From a virus (taxonomy: Duplodnaviria > Caudoviricetes), in the IMG/VR virus record IMGVR_UViG_3300033498_000048, positions 241,783 to 305,782 of that record: a stretch of 64,000 nt of DNA; one strand, written 5' to 3'. Each line of letters opens with the position of its first letter. The first letter of the stretch is position 1. A program made the position numbers and the translations under genes. The notes beneath the pieces are model-generated. The model was not told where the DNA came from. It did not search any database and worked only from the letters and a program-made list of their open reading frames with translations. Positions 1-9,037 of the stretch are shown in pieces.

Positions 1-392
1 CTAATCCTCTGAATCACATAATTAAAAGTTTCTTGCCTATTCAAATTTAATATCTCATAAAATATTGTTATGTCATATGCGTTTCCATCTGGTAATAAAA
101 CAACCGTAACATCCATTACCTTAATTCTAGGTTCAACTGCACCAATTAACCATTCAATTCTTGATTTTAATGTCGATGCAATTAATACAGATGGATTCTC
201 AAATAACAATTCTTTGATGTAATTCTTATATTTGCTATTGAATGGAACATCCCATATTTCCCATAAAAATATCGTGCGTAAGCTCCGTCTAATTGCTTCT
301 TCATTTATTTTCGTTGTTATGTCTCCAGTTAATGGGTGTATCGTCAATGATAAATCTACATCACGATATATTATTAAATCTGTGTTTTTCAT
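1..392 (-). CDS. gp25: Baseplate wedge subunit gp25 (3' end runs off window)
   Basis: Not in ORF track; translated by hand from ATG 392: MKNTDLIIYRDVDLSLTIHPLTGDITTKINEEAIRRSLRTIF...ELLFENPS...EPRIKVMDV, the typical gp25 pattern; CATAAATA upstream at 424-431. Confidence 0.8.
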   Translation of the reverse strand, partial: MKNTDLIIYRDVDLSLTIHPLTGDITTKINEEAIRRSLRTIFLWEIWDVPFNSKYKNYIKELLFENPSVLIASTLKSRIEWLIGAVEPRIKVMDVTVVLLPDGNAYDITIFYEILNLNRQETFNYVIQRI

Positions 393-423
393 TTGGCATT
401 ATCTGGTTGTTATACTAATTTCA

Positions 424-431
424 TATTTATG
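424..431 (-). promoter_or_regulatory. T4-type late promoter variant (CATAAATA) for gp25
   Basis: Plus-strand tatttatg 31 bp upstream of the gp25 start. Confidence 0.45.
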
Positions 432-502
432 TGAATATAGTTGTTGACTAGGTATTTAATATTTTGTTATACTATTGACATTCAAATAGACTAGCTTATC
501 AG

Positions 503-802
503 GTGGGTGTTATGACAACTTCAAAAGAATTTTTAAAAGCTATAAAAACCGAAATGAAAAAAAATGGTGGAGATGATTGGTCGGCAATAAACAAAGTAAG
601 TTCCACAGTAAAACGTGGAGAAGAAGATGATTGGGATATTGCTAGACTGGCAATTATAGGATTAACATCAACACAAGCAGCACAAAAAGCTAAAGCAGCA
701 GCAAAAAGAATTGAGAAGGAATTTAATTCAAAAGAAGTTCAAGGCTATTTAAAAGTAATGCACGGCTCAAAAGATTTTTATTCTAATAACGCTGTAGCTT
801 AA
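503..802 (+). CDS. Hypothetical protein
   Basis: 99-aa ORF with phage-like composition; probable start at downstream ATG (MTTSKEF); TTGACT...TATACT promoter-like pair upstream. Confidence 0.55.
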   Translation: MGVMTTSKEFLKAIKTEMKKNGGDDWSAINKVSSTVKRGEEDDWDIARLAIIGLTSTQAAQKAKAAAKRIEKEFNSKEVQGYLKVMHGSKDFYSNNAVA

Positions 803-873
803 AAAACCCGTCCGTCAGTGGCATCATAACTGGTAAAAAACAAGTAAAATAATAATTTTTAGGAGTAAACATC

Positions 874-1059
874 ATGTCAATATTCATACCATCCATAAAA
901 CACACAAACGGTTACATTGAGGTTTTTACAACAAAATATGGTGGGATGTTCTTTGACGACATAGTACACGCATCACTATATGTAAGCGACCATACCAATG
1001 AATTTTGGCATTGCACATCAAAAGGAGTGGCTAAAAATAGAGCAAACGAAACTATTTAA
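874..1059 (+). CDS. Hypothetical protein
   Basis: AGGAG RBS upstream of ATG; 61 aa. Confidence 0.55.
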   Translation: MSIFIPSIKHTNGYIEVFTTKYGGMFFDDIVHASLYVSDHTNEFWHCTSKGVAKNRANETI

Positions 1060-1098
1060 AGCATTTTTTATTGAAGTTTAACATAAAGGAAATGTATC

Positions 1099-1263
1099 GT
1101 GGAAACATTTGAATATGTTGAAGGCTTTTTAGCAGCTAAAAATGATTTAATGTATGGTAGCAACCCATATCAAGACCCCGTAAAAAAATTGTCGTGGTCT
1201 AAAGGTCATAACGACTTTAGAGTAAAACAAAAAACAACAAAGTCGAAGAAAATAGCAAAATAA
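1099..1263 (+). CDS. Small protein resembling ribosome modulation factor (RMF-like)
   Basis: Not in track; GTG start with AAAGGA RBS; VETFEYVEGFLAAKNDLMYGSNPYQDPVKKLSWSKGHNDFRVKQK..., matching the RMF-like G-F-x-A...NPY...W-x-x-G pattern. Confidence 0.45.
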   Translation: METFEYVEGFLAAKNDLMYGSNPYQDPVKKLSWSKGHNDFRVKQKTTKSKKIAK

Positions 1264-1341
1264 GCAAACTAGTGATAGGTTTGCTTATTTGAATGGAAAT
1301 TGTATTCTGTCTAATACCAATCAAGCACACATAGCTCAAAA

Positions 1342-1776
1342 TTAAGGGCAAACAGCTCTCAGGATTCTCATTTGACCCGCAAGAATCTTGGGCGCACCAT
1401 CTCCATTGGAAACTGTTTTTGAAGTTGTAAGAAATGAAATATAATACAGATTTCCTGCTGTTGCTGCATCGTGTAACCCAGCCCCGACAATAGTTCCCCA
1501 ATTTGCGGAAGGAACACCGAAAACCAATTCTTGTAGGTTGCTATATTCAAGGTTAGCTCCAGATGGACCCTGCCAACCATTTGATGCTAATATTTGAACC
1601 CTAGCATAGTTAGTTCCAACAGTTGATACTTCAACTCCTCCAGTACCATCAAGTGACGGAGTTGAGGTGAATAGTGAAACCCACAACGATGTTGGAGGAG
1701 TGAATACGGGGGTATTCTTTAATAAGTAGTCCATAGACTTCTGATAATAAAAATTTGATGTGGTACTAGATGGCAT
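1342..1776 (-). CDS. Virion / tail-associated structural protein
   Basis: LWVSLFTSTP...GTGGVEVS...YARV...SN...F...ANWGTIVGAGLHDAATAGNL motif typical of phage tail-associated proteins; late promoter upstream. Confidence 0.65.
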   Translation of the reverse strand: MPSSTTSNFYYQKSMDYLLKNTPVFTPPTSLWVSLFTSTPSLDGTGGVEVSTVGTNYARVQILASNGWQGPSGANLEYSNLQELVFGVPSANWGTIVGAGLHDAATAGNLYYISFLTTSKTVSNGDGAPKILAGQMRILRAVCP

Positions 1777-1809
1777 TTTTTTTCTCCGTCATTAATAATA
1801 GTATTACTA

Positions 1810-1817
1810 TATTTATA
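1810..1817 (-). promoter_or_regulatory. T4 late promoter TATAAATA
   Basis: Exact match on minus strand 33 bp upstream of ORF 1776. Confidence 0.7.
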
Positions 1818-2446
1818 CAAACATTGACACGTTATATTTAATATTTTGGAGGTCCGATACGAGTTATTTAACAGAGGAAAGTTTGGGTTTACATTTGCAT
1901 GAAATGTTCGGTGTAGACTTTATACACAACAGAATAGTACAAAAATCGACCTGATTATAGGAATGACGCATTAAACCTAATAATTGAATTTGATGGATAT
2001 AGACATTTTAATTCTACTGAAGTGATAACTTTAAAGATTCTGTATATGTGTAAATTTAGGTTACACTATAGTAGTAAAGTCATACTGGTATTAAAACGTT
2101 CTTTGAAAATACTTCATAGCTCATGTTGTCTGGAACAACATCTTTTGTTAATTGTGAATAGTATTTCACCGAGTTGTACACTTTATATACACTATTCCAT
2201 TTACAGTTACAACTTTCATGTTTTTACCATCAGCACCTTTAAACATTTTAGTCCGAACGCTATTATTTGTTGACATTTGTATTATCTCCACGTTTCGTTT
2301 TAAGATTGGAATTACATTGTAGTGCTTATTTTACACTAAACATTAAAACGATGTCAAATTTATTTTATCTAAATTAATGGACGTGTATCAAGTTCGGGTT
2401 TAATCACATGGAACAGTTATCACCCCTTTGGAAATATGGTGAAATC

Positions 2447-2638
2447 TCATACTTGTTTACCATAATCAACATATCGTTGTTCTAAGTCAGATTCCCAATC
2501 TTTAATTGTTTCAACAAGTAAAGAATTATGACTTCTTTTGATGTCACGTTTTGCACCGTCAATTGCTTTAATAAGACCAGATTGTCTACGTTTTTCTTGG
2601 GCTATCAAATTAGCAATTTGTTGTTTGTTAGTTGTCAT
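2447..2638 (-). CDS. Hypothetical coiled-coil protein
   Basis: 63-aa ORF in minus-strand run. Confidence 0.5.
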   Translation of the reverse strand: MTTNKQQIANLIAQEKRRQSGLIKAIDGAKRDIKRSHNSLLVETIKDWESDLEQRYVDYGKQV

Positions 2639-2694
2639 GTTGTTTCCAGGTATTGTAATTGATTCAAGTTATTGGAACATATAATAAAGTACCA

Positions 2695-2883
2695 CTACTC
2701 CTCGAAATATTCGTTTTTAACCACATTGTGGACCAATTGTCTGTTGATTGCACGTTCACGCTGCCTTGATAATAACTTATTAATGGAGCAATAGGCTTGC
2801 TGTGATAACGGTCTACGAGACCATAAATCACGCCCTTGATGTTGCGTTTTTTGATTTCTATGGTGTAATGTCCTAGCCATCAA
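2695..2883 (-). CDS. Hypothetical basic protein
   Basis: 62-aa ORF, GGAG upstream. Confidence 0.5.
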   Translation of the reverse strand: MMARTLHHRNQKTQHQGRDLWSRRPLSQQAYCSINKLLSRQRERAINRQLVHNVVKNEYFEE

Positions 2884-2946
2884 GTTTTCTCCTAAATTAT
2901 TCGTTTTTTGTCAATTATAATTTGGTATAATGAAGCGTGGTTTCCA

Positions 2947-4479
2947 TCATTTGATTCTTTCTATCAAATTGATATATTCGGTTGTTTTGTTACCAACTAC
3001 TAATCCCTTTGTTCTATTGTATAACAACGGCATTACTGGTTCTAAACATTCAATAAGGAATAAAAATAATCTAAAACAATCCGAACATACTTCATGGCTA
3101 TTATCACTCAAATTCCAAGGTTTGTTGTTATCTATGTAACAATTGATAATGGTAGCATTACCTAATATTATTTTTATTGCCTCAGAGTATTTTAATTCTG
3201 TGTATTTATCGAATATGATTTGTCTATCATTAATTATATGTTCATAAAACACAGTATCAGATATTTCTGATAATTGACTACCGAACTTATTATTTAATAA
3301 CGCAATTGTTCGACTACCAATATTAATTAACTTTCCAATTAATTCATTGTTTATTTTAACAACAAAATCATCATAAGTAAAGTCTATATCATTAATAGTA
3401 TCATCCAATTTATAAGCAAAATAAAAACGTAATAATTCTGGGTCATACTTATCACCGAATTTCTTCCCTGTAATAAAAGAGCCTTTTGATTTACTCATTT
3501 TATTTTTATTAACGGTTAAAAATCCATGCGTTGCTAATTTTGTTGGTAATCTATAATTATTACCTTTTAGTATAGCTACCCAAAATAATGCGTGAAAGTA
3601 AATAATATCTTTACCTATAAATTGGATCAACTCAGTCGACTCTTCTCTCCAATCATTTTTATAATCCAGTCCGATGCCATCAAGATATTCCTTATGGCTT
3701 GAAATATATGCTATAGGAGCGTCAAACCACACATAAAAACATTTATCCAAATCTGGAATATCAAATCCAAAATATGGTTTATCCCTAGTCAAGTCCCAAT
3801 CAAGTAATGGCTCATCAAACCATTCTAATAATTTATCTTTTAATTGATTACTAATCGCTTTACTATCAATAAACTCCAATAAGGTATCTCTGAACGATTC
3901 AATGTTTAAGAAACAATGACTACTTGATTTGTTGATAATACTATGAGTGCTTTCTTTGACTACAATCGGATTAATCAAATCAATAGCAGAATAAACACTT
4001 TGGCAGTTGTCGCAACCATCACCCCATTGTGAATGACTCCCACATTTTGGGCATATCCCCTTGACTTCTCTATCAGATAAAAACTTCTTATCATACTCAT
4101 CAAATAATTGTTTTACTTCTTTTTCTATGATATATCCGTTTGCTTTTAACGTATTGAAAAAGTCAATAGTTAATTTTTCATTTTCTTTAGAATTTGTACT
4201 AGAGAAAATATCAAAATTTACACCAAATTTTTCTAAATCAAATAAATGTTCATTTCTAATCTTATCAATATAATCAACTTCTGATAAGTTTTCGTTTTGA
4301 GAGCTGATAGTAATTGCTGTTCCATGTGAATCGGACGCACATATAAAATCAACTTCATATCCATCTAATCGTTTAGCTCTAACAAAAATATCCGATTGGA
4401 TATATTCCAGTAAATGACCCAAATGAATATCACCATTTGCATAAGGCAATGCGCTGGTTACAACTATTTTATTTTTCAT
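2947..4479 (-). CDS. metG: Methionyl-tRNA synthetase (class I; lacks C-terminal tRNA-binding appendix)
   Basis: VTSALPYANGDIHLGH (HIGH), zinc knuckle CPKC...CDNC, YVWFDAPIAY, FIGKDIIYFH, KMSKSKG, DNNKPW; probable start MKNKIVV at 4479 (track extends to 4497). Confidence 0.95.
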   Translation of the reverse strand: MKNKIVVTSALPYANGDIHLGHLLEYIQSDIFVRAKRLDGYEVDFICASDSHGTAITISSQNENLSEVDYIDKIRNEHLFDLEKFGVNFDIFSSTNSKENEKLTIDFFNTLKANGYIIEKEVKQLFDEYDKKFLSDREVKGICPKCGSHSQWGDGCDNCQSVYSAIDLINPIVVKESTHSIINKSSSHCFLNIESFRDTLLEFIDSKAISNQLKDKLLEWFDEPLLDWDLTRDKPYFGFDIPDLDKCFYVWFDAPIAYISSHKEYLDGIGLDYKNDWREESTELIQFIGKDIIYFHALFWVAILKGNNYRLPTKLATHGFLTVNKNKMSKSKGSFITGKKFGDKYDPELLRFYFAYKLDDTINDIDFTYDDFVVKINNELIGKLINIGSRTIALLNNKFGSQLSEISDTVFYEHIINDRQIIFDKYTELKYSEAIKIILGNATIINCYIDNNKPWNLSDNSHEVCSDCFRLFLFLIECLEPVMPLLYNRTKGLVVGNKTTEYINLIERIK

Positions 4480-4547
4480 ATCTCTTTGTCCAAACATTAA
4501 CTCGTTATTTATTGTTAATAATAGCTTTAAAAATTTGCATTATTAAG

Positions 4548-4976
4548 CTAAGACTTAATTAATTTATCAATTATATTGGTAAATTCTGATATTTTATTGT
4601 CACAGTCAGTTACCACAGCTTTTTTATAATCTTCCAATCTAGCCATTACTCCATTCAATAATTCAACATACTTTAACACACATTCTTCACGATTATCAAA
4701 CACATAAACTGGATTACCAGTACGACTCTTATATCCAGTGTTATCGAATGGAGCGTGTATGGTTTTTGTCAGTTTGTCATTTTTTAATACAACAAAGTGA
4801 CAAGAAGAATAATAAATAGTTTTTTTAGATAACGAATTATCTTGTATCAAAACTTGAACTGGTAAAACATTTCTTGCTGCATTTATGATACTTAAATCGG
4901 TTTTTCTATAATCACATATCCAAACCTTTTCACCAGTCATTTTTCCACTGGTAATGTCTTCAATTTTAATTTGCAT
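4548..4976 (-). CDS. Hypothetical protein
   Basis: 142-aa ORF in minus-strand operon. Confidence 0.6.
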   Translation of the reverse strand: MQIKIEDITSGKMTGEKVWICDYRKTDLSIINAARNVLPVQVLIQDNSLSKKTIYYSSCHFVVLKNDKLTKTIHAPFDNTGYKSRTGNPVYVFDNREECVLKYVELLNGVMARLEDYKKAVVTDCDNKISEFTNIIDKLIKS

Positions 4977-5117
4977 TATTTACCACCAACTTTGGAGTTT
5001 GGTTAGTTAGAGACTTAGCACATTTTGATATTAAATCAACAGGTGTATTTCCAACTAGCGAAATGTAATCACAAATCCAAATATATTTACCCTGCTTATG
5101 TGTTGTGGTATCGCACA

Positions 5118-5477
5118 TTATTTAGTCCTATTACGAAGTTGCTTTAACCTAATTACTTCTAATTCAGCTTGTTTGATTTTACTATCAAGATTTTTTACTT
5201 GTTTCCTTGCAAGTTTATAATCGCGCATAATGTCAATATATTCACTATACAATTTTGACATAGTATCACTCATATTACTGTGGAACGGGTCGATAACCAA
5301 TCTATGTTCAAGATGTAGGTCAATATCTTTGTTGGTGTTTTGGATGAGTTTTGATGCAACAGACCCATCTTTAATGGCAGCTTCATACAACCTATATGCA
5401 AATCTCAACAACATTGCTAGCTTTTTATCAACCGTTTCTACGGATGTAACTCCTCTAATGGTTTGGGCTTTACTCAT
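5118..5477 (-). CDS. Hypothetical coiled-coil protein
   Basis: 119 aa, AAGGA RBS. Confidence 0.6.
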   Translation of the reverse strand: MSKAQTIRGVTSVETVDKKLAMLLRFAYRLYEAAIKDGSVASKLIQNTNKDIDLHLEHRLVIDPFHSNMSDTMSKLYSEYIDIMRDYKLARKQVKNLDSKIKQAELEVIRLKQLRNRTK

Positions 5478-5495
5478 ATCATTATCCTTTTTGTG

Positions 5496-5837
5496 TTAGT
5501 CTTCAATGTTCCAATTATCAATAAAGTTTAATATTACCTTAACGAAGTCTTTAGTTTCATTGTATCTAAAACTCCGTGCTTTAATAGCGTACTTAATATC
5601 CCGTACTAAATTGCTTGCATTGTGTTGGACTTCTTCAAGTAATTCAATTCGCTTTTCAAGTTTAGTAACCTCAGTTTGCACTTGCTCGAAATCTTCTAAT
5701 TTACCCTCTAATTCTTCAATCAAAGTACATTTCAATTGGTCTGGCAAATCTGCGTATTTGATGATTTCATCTATAGTGAAATTTACTGGCACATAAGTTG
5801 TCATGTCTATCCTAATTTTAAATATTGCACATTGCAC
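5496..5837 (-). CDS. Hypothetical coiled-coil protein
   Basis: Acidic coiled-coil ORF; probable start at MTTYVPV. Confidence 0.55.
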   Translation of the reverse strand: MQCAIFKIRIDMTTYVPVNFTIDEIIKYADLPDQLKCTLIEELEGKLEDFEQVQTEVTKLEKRIELLEEVQHNASNLVRDIKYAIKARSFRYNETKDFVKVILNFIDNWNIED

Positions 5838-6034
5838 AATAACAGTTTTCCAATAGCAGTCAGTTCAATACTTCCGAATGGACCCCTAATAATATAACCT
5901 TCTAATTCAAGTTGTTTTGCTTGTTTTATTGGCATTGTATAGCACGGAATATTACCTCTTTCCATCCCAGCTATTTGTTTTTTAAGATTTTTTATTGCTG
6001 ATTCAGTTGCCATGTGATTGACACTCGACTTCAC
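5807..6034 (-). CDS. Hypothetical protein
   Basis: 75-aa ORF, tightly packed with neighbours. Confidence 0.5.
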   Translation of the reverse strand: MKSSVNHMATESAIKNLKKQIAGMERGNIPCYTMPIKQAKQLELEGYIIRGPFGSIELTAIGKLLLCNVQYLKLG

Positions 6035-6230
6035 ATTGTTGTGCTAAAAAATATCTCAATTCTGCTGCAATTTTATCAGCAGGATAACCAAGATTCCTTA
6101 GCCTGTTAAATTCGGTCATTGCTGCGTGTGAGTCTATTGCTTCATCTAGCATTGTTTCAATTAAAATTTCTTTATTCGACATTACTATAACTCCATTTAA
6201 AAATATACTTGGATTAAACCGTAGTACCAC
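6003..6230 (-). CDS. Hypothetical protein
   Basis: Probable start MSNKEIL with GGAG RBS. Confidence 0.5.
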   Translation of the reverse strand: MVLRFNPSIFLNGVIVMSNKEILIETMLDEAIDSHAAMTEFNRLRNLGYPADKIAAELRYFLAQQCEVECQSHGN

Positions 6231-6312
6231 CCACTTTCATCTTGACTTGCCACCTTAAACCCAGTTTAACAAGCTCTTTTTTAATTCTTCTAGTTCATAT
6301 TTTGACATTATA

Positions 6313-6531
6313 TTATCCAGTAACTAACCTTGACATATCAGAAACTATTGCGTTATTGCGAATAAAATCAATAACATTGAATCTTTCGTTTGTGTCGTTA
6401 AATTCCAATGCGTCTTTACGATTAAAAGTCCAGTAAACCTTTAAACATACAATACTTTTGACATATTTATAAACAGCACCACCAATTCCATGCTCGTCTT
6501 TCTCCAACACAGCATAACCTATAATTGCCAT
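6313..6531 (-). CDS. Hypothetical protein
   Basis: 72 aa, AAGGTG RBS. Confidence 0.5.
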   Translation of the reverse strand: MAIIGYAVLEKDEHGIGGAVYKYVKSIVCLKVYWTFNRKDALEFNDTNERFNVIDFIRNNAIVSDMSRLVTG

Positions 6532-6620
6532 CTTATCACCTTTATTATTGTTAGCGTTTCAATATTTGTGTACTATAACATGATATACAGTCTTAACGCA
6601 AGCTTTTATTTTCAAGTTAA

Positions 6621-6628
6621 TATAAATA
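6621..6628 (+). promoter_or_regulatory. T4 late promoter TATAAATA heading the 6665-8465 operon
   Basis: Exact match in divergent intergenic gap. Confidence 0.75.
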
Positions 6629-6664
6629 AATGTATCAATATGATTATTTTAAGGGGAACTACAA

Positions 6665-6838
6665 ATGGAAGGACAATGGCTTGGAGGTAAGGGTTCAACA
6701 ACTAGACCTATGCAAGTAAACCGACAACAGTTTGAAGATAACTGGAACAAGATTTTCAACAAGAAACTGGATAATGCGAATAAATTAATTCCAGTAAATG
6801 AAACCATAGTGGAGATTGTAACAAATGACACAGTATAA
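6665..6838 (+). CDS. Small conserved-looking phage protein
   Basis: Not in track; MEGQWLGGKGSTTRPMQVNRQQFEDNWNKIF..., 57 aa, AAGGGG RBS. Confidence 0.55.
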   Translation: MEGQWLGGKGSTTRPMQVNRQQFEDNWNKIFNKKLDNANKLIPVNETIVEIVTNDTV

Positions 6839-7076
6839 AACATTTAAATCCTTTTGTGAGTCTGTAACAGCGTTGCCTATCTATTTTCTATGTGAAAAGT
6901 GTAAAGAATCAGGTATTCAGGAGTCTGATGAATTTGATATGGAGACTAAAACCTCTAGGCAAGAATATATTACAAAGGGACAAGATAAAATATTTTTAAA
7001 GAAAGTTTGTTATGAATGCAAATCTGAAAGTGGTGTAGACGAGAATTATTTAAAAGGGATACAATATAGTGGTTAA
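6825..7076 (+). CDS. Zinc-ribbon-like protein with capsid-targeting-like leader
   Basis: N-term YKTFKSFCE; CEKC...CYEC pairs. Confidence 0.55.
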   Translation: MTQYKTFKSFCESVTALPIYFLCEKCKESGIQESDEFDMETKTSRQEYITKGQDKIFLKKVCYECKSESGVDENYLKGIQYSG

Positions 7077-7671
7077 TGTTAAAAACATTAGGGTAAAATC
7101 ATTTAATGAATATTTAATGGAAAACAGTCCAATAATTAGAACTGAGTTAGACAAAGAAATACATTCTAACACAGCAACAAGCCAATTAAATGATATTCCA
7201 ATTCCATCAATGAAAGATGCAAAAAGTGGAGATTATAAAAAAAGCAGAATTAAAATAAATGGACTAATCATTGATATTGAAAATCCGTATGGTTCAGTTA
7301 GAAAAGGCATTAGCTCAAATGGCGAATCGTGGGAAATTACGTTATCAGATAATTATGGTGAAATTAAGGGGTATGATGCTGCTGATGGAGATTATTTAGA
7401 TATTTTCATTCGTCCACATATGACACAAAAACAAGCAGATAATTTAAATGTCATTTATGTGATAGACCAATTGGATCCAACTACACATGGATTTGATGAA
7501 CATAAAGTCGTATTTGGGTATGAAACAATCGAGGAATCTAAACGTGCATATCTAGCCAATTATAAATCAAATTGGACTGGATTAGGATATATCACTCCAT
7601 TAACTATGACGATGTTTAAATATTGGATTAAAAATGAAGACTTAACACAACCATTAGTTTGGGGTAAATAA
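7069..7671 (+). CDS. Inorganic pyrophosphatase-like (InPase) domain protein, putative internal virion protein
   Basis: IDIENPYGSVRKG...W...NYGEIKG..AADGDYLDIF...VIDQ...FDEHKVVFGY...AYLANY is the polyvalent-protein InPase pattern; KSFNEYLME leader. Confidence 0.8.
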   Translation: MVNVKNIRVKSFNEYLMENSPIIRTELDKEIHSNTATSQLNDIPIPSMKDAKSGDYKKSRIKINGLIIDIENPYGSVRKGISSNGESWEITLSDNYGEIKGYDAADGDYLDIFIRPHMTQKQADNLNVIYVIDQLDPTTHGFDEHKVVFGYETIEESKRAYLANYKSNWTGLGYITPLTMTMFKYWIKNEDLTQPLVWGK

Positions 7672-8052
7672 ATGTTTAAATCATTCAATGACTTCATACG
7701 ATTAGAAGATACGAGCTTTCATTCAATAATGGCAAGGAACATAAAACCCACCAAACAAAAAACAGTTGATTTTGATGATATTAGCACTGGTTCAACCGTT
7801 AGATTAGTTGATATTGGAAATTACTTTTTATTAACTGGATTAGAAACACCTCCAGAAAATAGGGGTAAAGGTGGTGCTAAAAAAGTTATGCAACAGGCAA
7901 TTCAATATGCGATTGATAACGAAAAGAACATAGAATTATCGGTTATTCCTGACGATGATACAGACACTGAAACCTTAATAAAATTGTATTCTAGTTTTGG
8001 ATTTAGAAAAACAGGACAACCACATAACCATATGCGTTATATTACAATATGA
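7672..8052 (+). CDS. GNAT acetyltransferase, putative internal virion protein
   Basis: PPENRGKGGAKKVMQQAI (acetyl-CoA motif A), LIKLYSSFGF; MFKSFNDFIRLE leader. Confidence 0.8.
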   Translation: MFKSFNDFIRLEDTSFHSIMARNIKPTKQKTVDFDDISTGSTVRLVDIGNYFLLTGLETPPENRGKGGAKKVMQQAIQYAIDNEKNIELSVIPDDDTDTETLIKLYSSFGFRKTGQPHNHMRYITI

Positions 8053-8465
8053 AATCATTTAAAGAATATACAAACAATCCGATATTATATCACGGAACAA
8101 CATCAAACTTCGATTTTGATAAAGGTTTAATGGCAGGTGGAAATAAACAAACAACGTCCAACTTTAATGCCAGTAATGGTGAAATTTGGCTAACTTCAAA
8201 TAGGGAAGTTGCGTTTGAGTATGCTATGATTGCATGGAAAACACTACAAAACTTTTCATTAACGCCGATTTTGATACAAGTTGATATTGATGTTAGCTTA
8301 TCAGCAGACCAACCTATAGAACATGACCAAGTAGCGTTTTGTTTTGAATTAGATGTTATTCCAAAAAGTAAACTAAAGATGGTAAAGTTGACTCAAGCAG
8401 AATTAGCTAATTTCAAAAAACGATATGACCGAGAACTTAAAAATGGAAAATCAAAATTCAATTGA
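8049..8465 (+). CDS. ADP-ribosyltransferase-fold protein, putative internal virion protein
   Basis: ILYHGT...IWLTSNREVAFEYA pattern of ART-fold enzymes; MKSFKEY leader. Confidence 0.6.
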   Translation: MKSFKEYTNNPILYHGTTSNFDFDKGLMAGGNKQTTSNFNASNGEIWLTSNREVAFEYAMIAWKTLQNFSLTPILIQVDIDVSLSADQPIEHDQVAFCFELDVIPKSKLKMVKLTQAELANFKKRYDRELKNGKSKFN

Positions 8466-8520
8466 TTTTCGTATGGTGTTTGTGTTATAGTACATAAAAC
8501 ATCATACTAATCACAACATT

Positions 8521-8754
8521 ATGAAATCAAAACTAACCCAAGCTAAAGAATTATTTGACACAGGAAATTTGAATGGATGTTTAAAGATAGTTAAGACTTT
8601 TAGGTTAAGTTTAACTAAAGATGATTTGAAGGTGGTTTCCAGAACATATGAAATGCTGACAGGAAACCACAATTTTTACAATTCATTGGGCTTTGATGTG
8701 GACACTGAATTAGCTAAAGCTAACCAAATTTTGACCACAGTATTTAAATTGTGA
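8521..8754 (+). CDS. Hypothetical protein
   Basis: 77 aa downstream of TTGATT-N18-TATAGT promoter-like element. Confidence 0.55.
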   Translation: MKSKLTQAKELFDTGNLNGCLKIVKTFRLSLTKDDLKVVSRTYEMLTGNHNFYNSLGFDVDTELAKANQILTTVFKL

Positions 8755-8991
8755 TTATTTGTCAACTTTATTTTCAATGAACTTTTGTACAGCTTTAGGT
8801 GCGAATGCTGCTAATAAGAACCCAAATGTCAAATATAATCCAACATCTGAATTGCTAGTGATGTGAACAATCGACATTTTCAAGGTTAAATATCCGAAAA
8901 CGATTGATGCGATTAATGAAATAAACGACATCAGCCTCATTGAACTGTGGTTTCCGTTATCTTCTTGGAAGAATCCAATCTTTCTATACAT
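8755..8991 (-). CDS. Small two-TM membrane protein (holin-like)
   Basis: SSMRLMSF followed by two hydrophobic helices and a charged C-terminus. Confidence 0.55.
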   Translation of the reverse strand: MYRKIGFFQEDNGNHSSMRLMSFISLIASIVFGYLTLKMSIVHITSNSDVGLYLTFGFLLAAFAPKAVQKFIENKVDK

Positions 8992-9037
8992 AAATAGAGT
9001 TCCGTTAATATATTATATAATTTTATTATTTATTATA

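Noticed and set aside
2083-2276. Possible frameshifted small gene (MFKGADGK-HESCNCKWNSVYKVY...)
   Set aside because: It needs an added A, and no recognisable motif supports either frame; too speculative to call.
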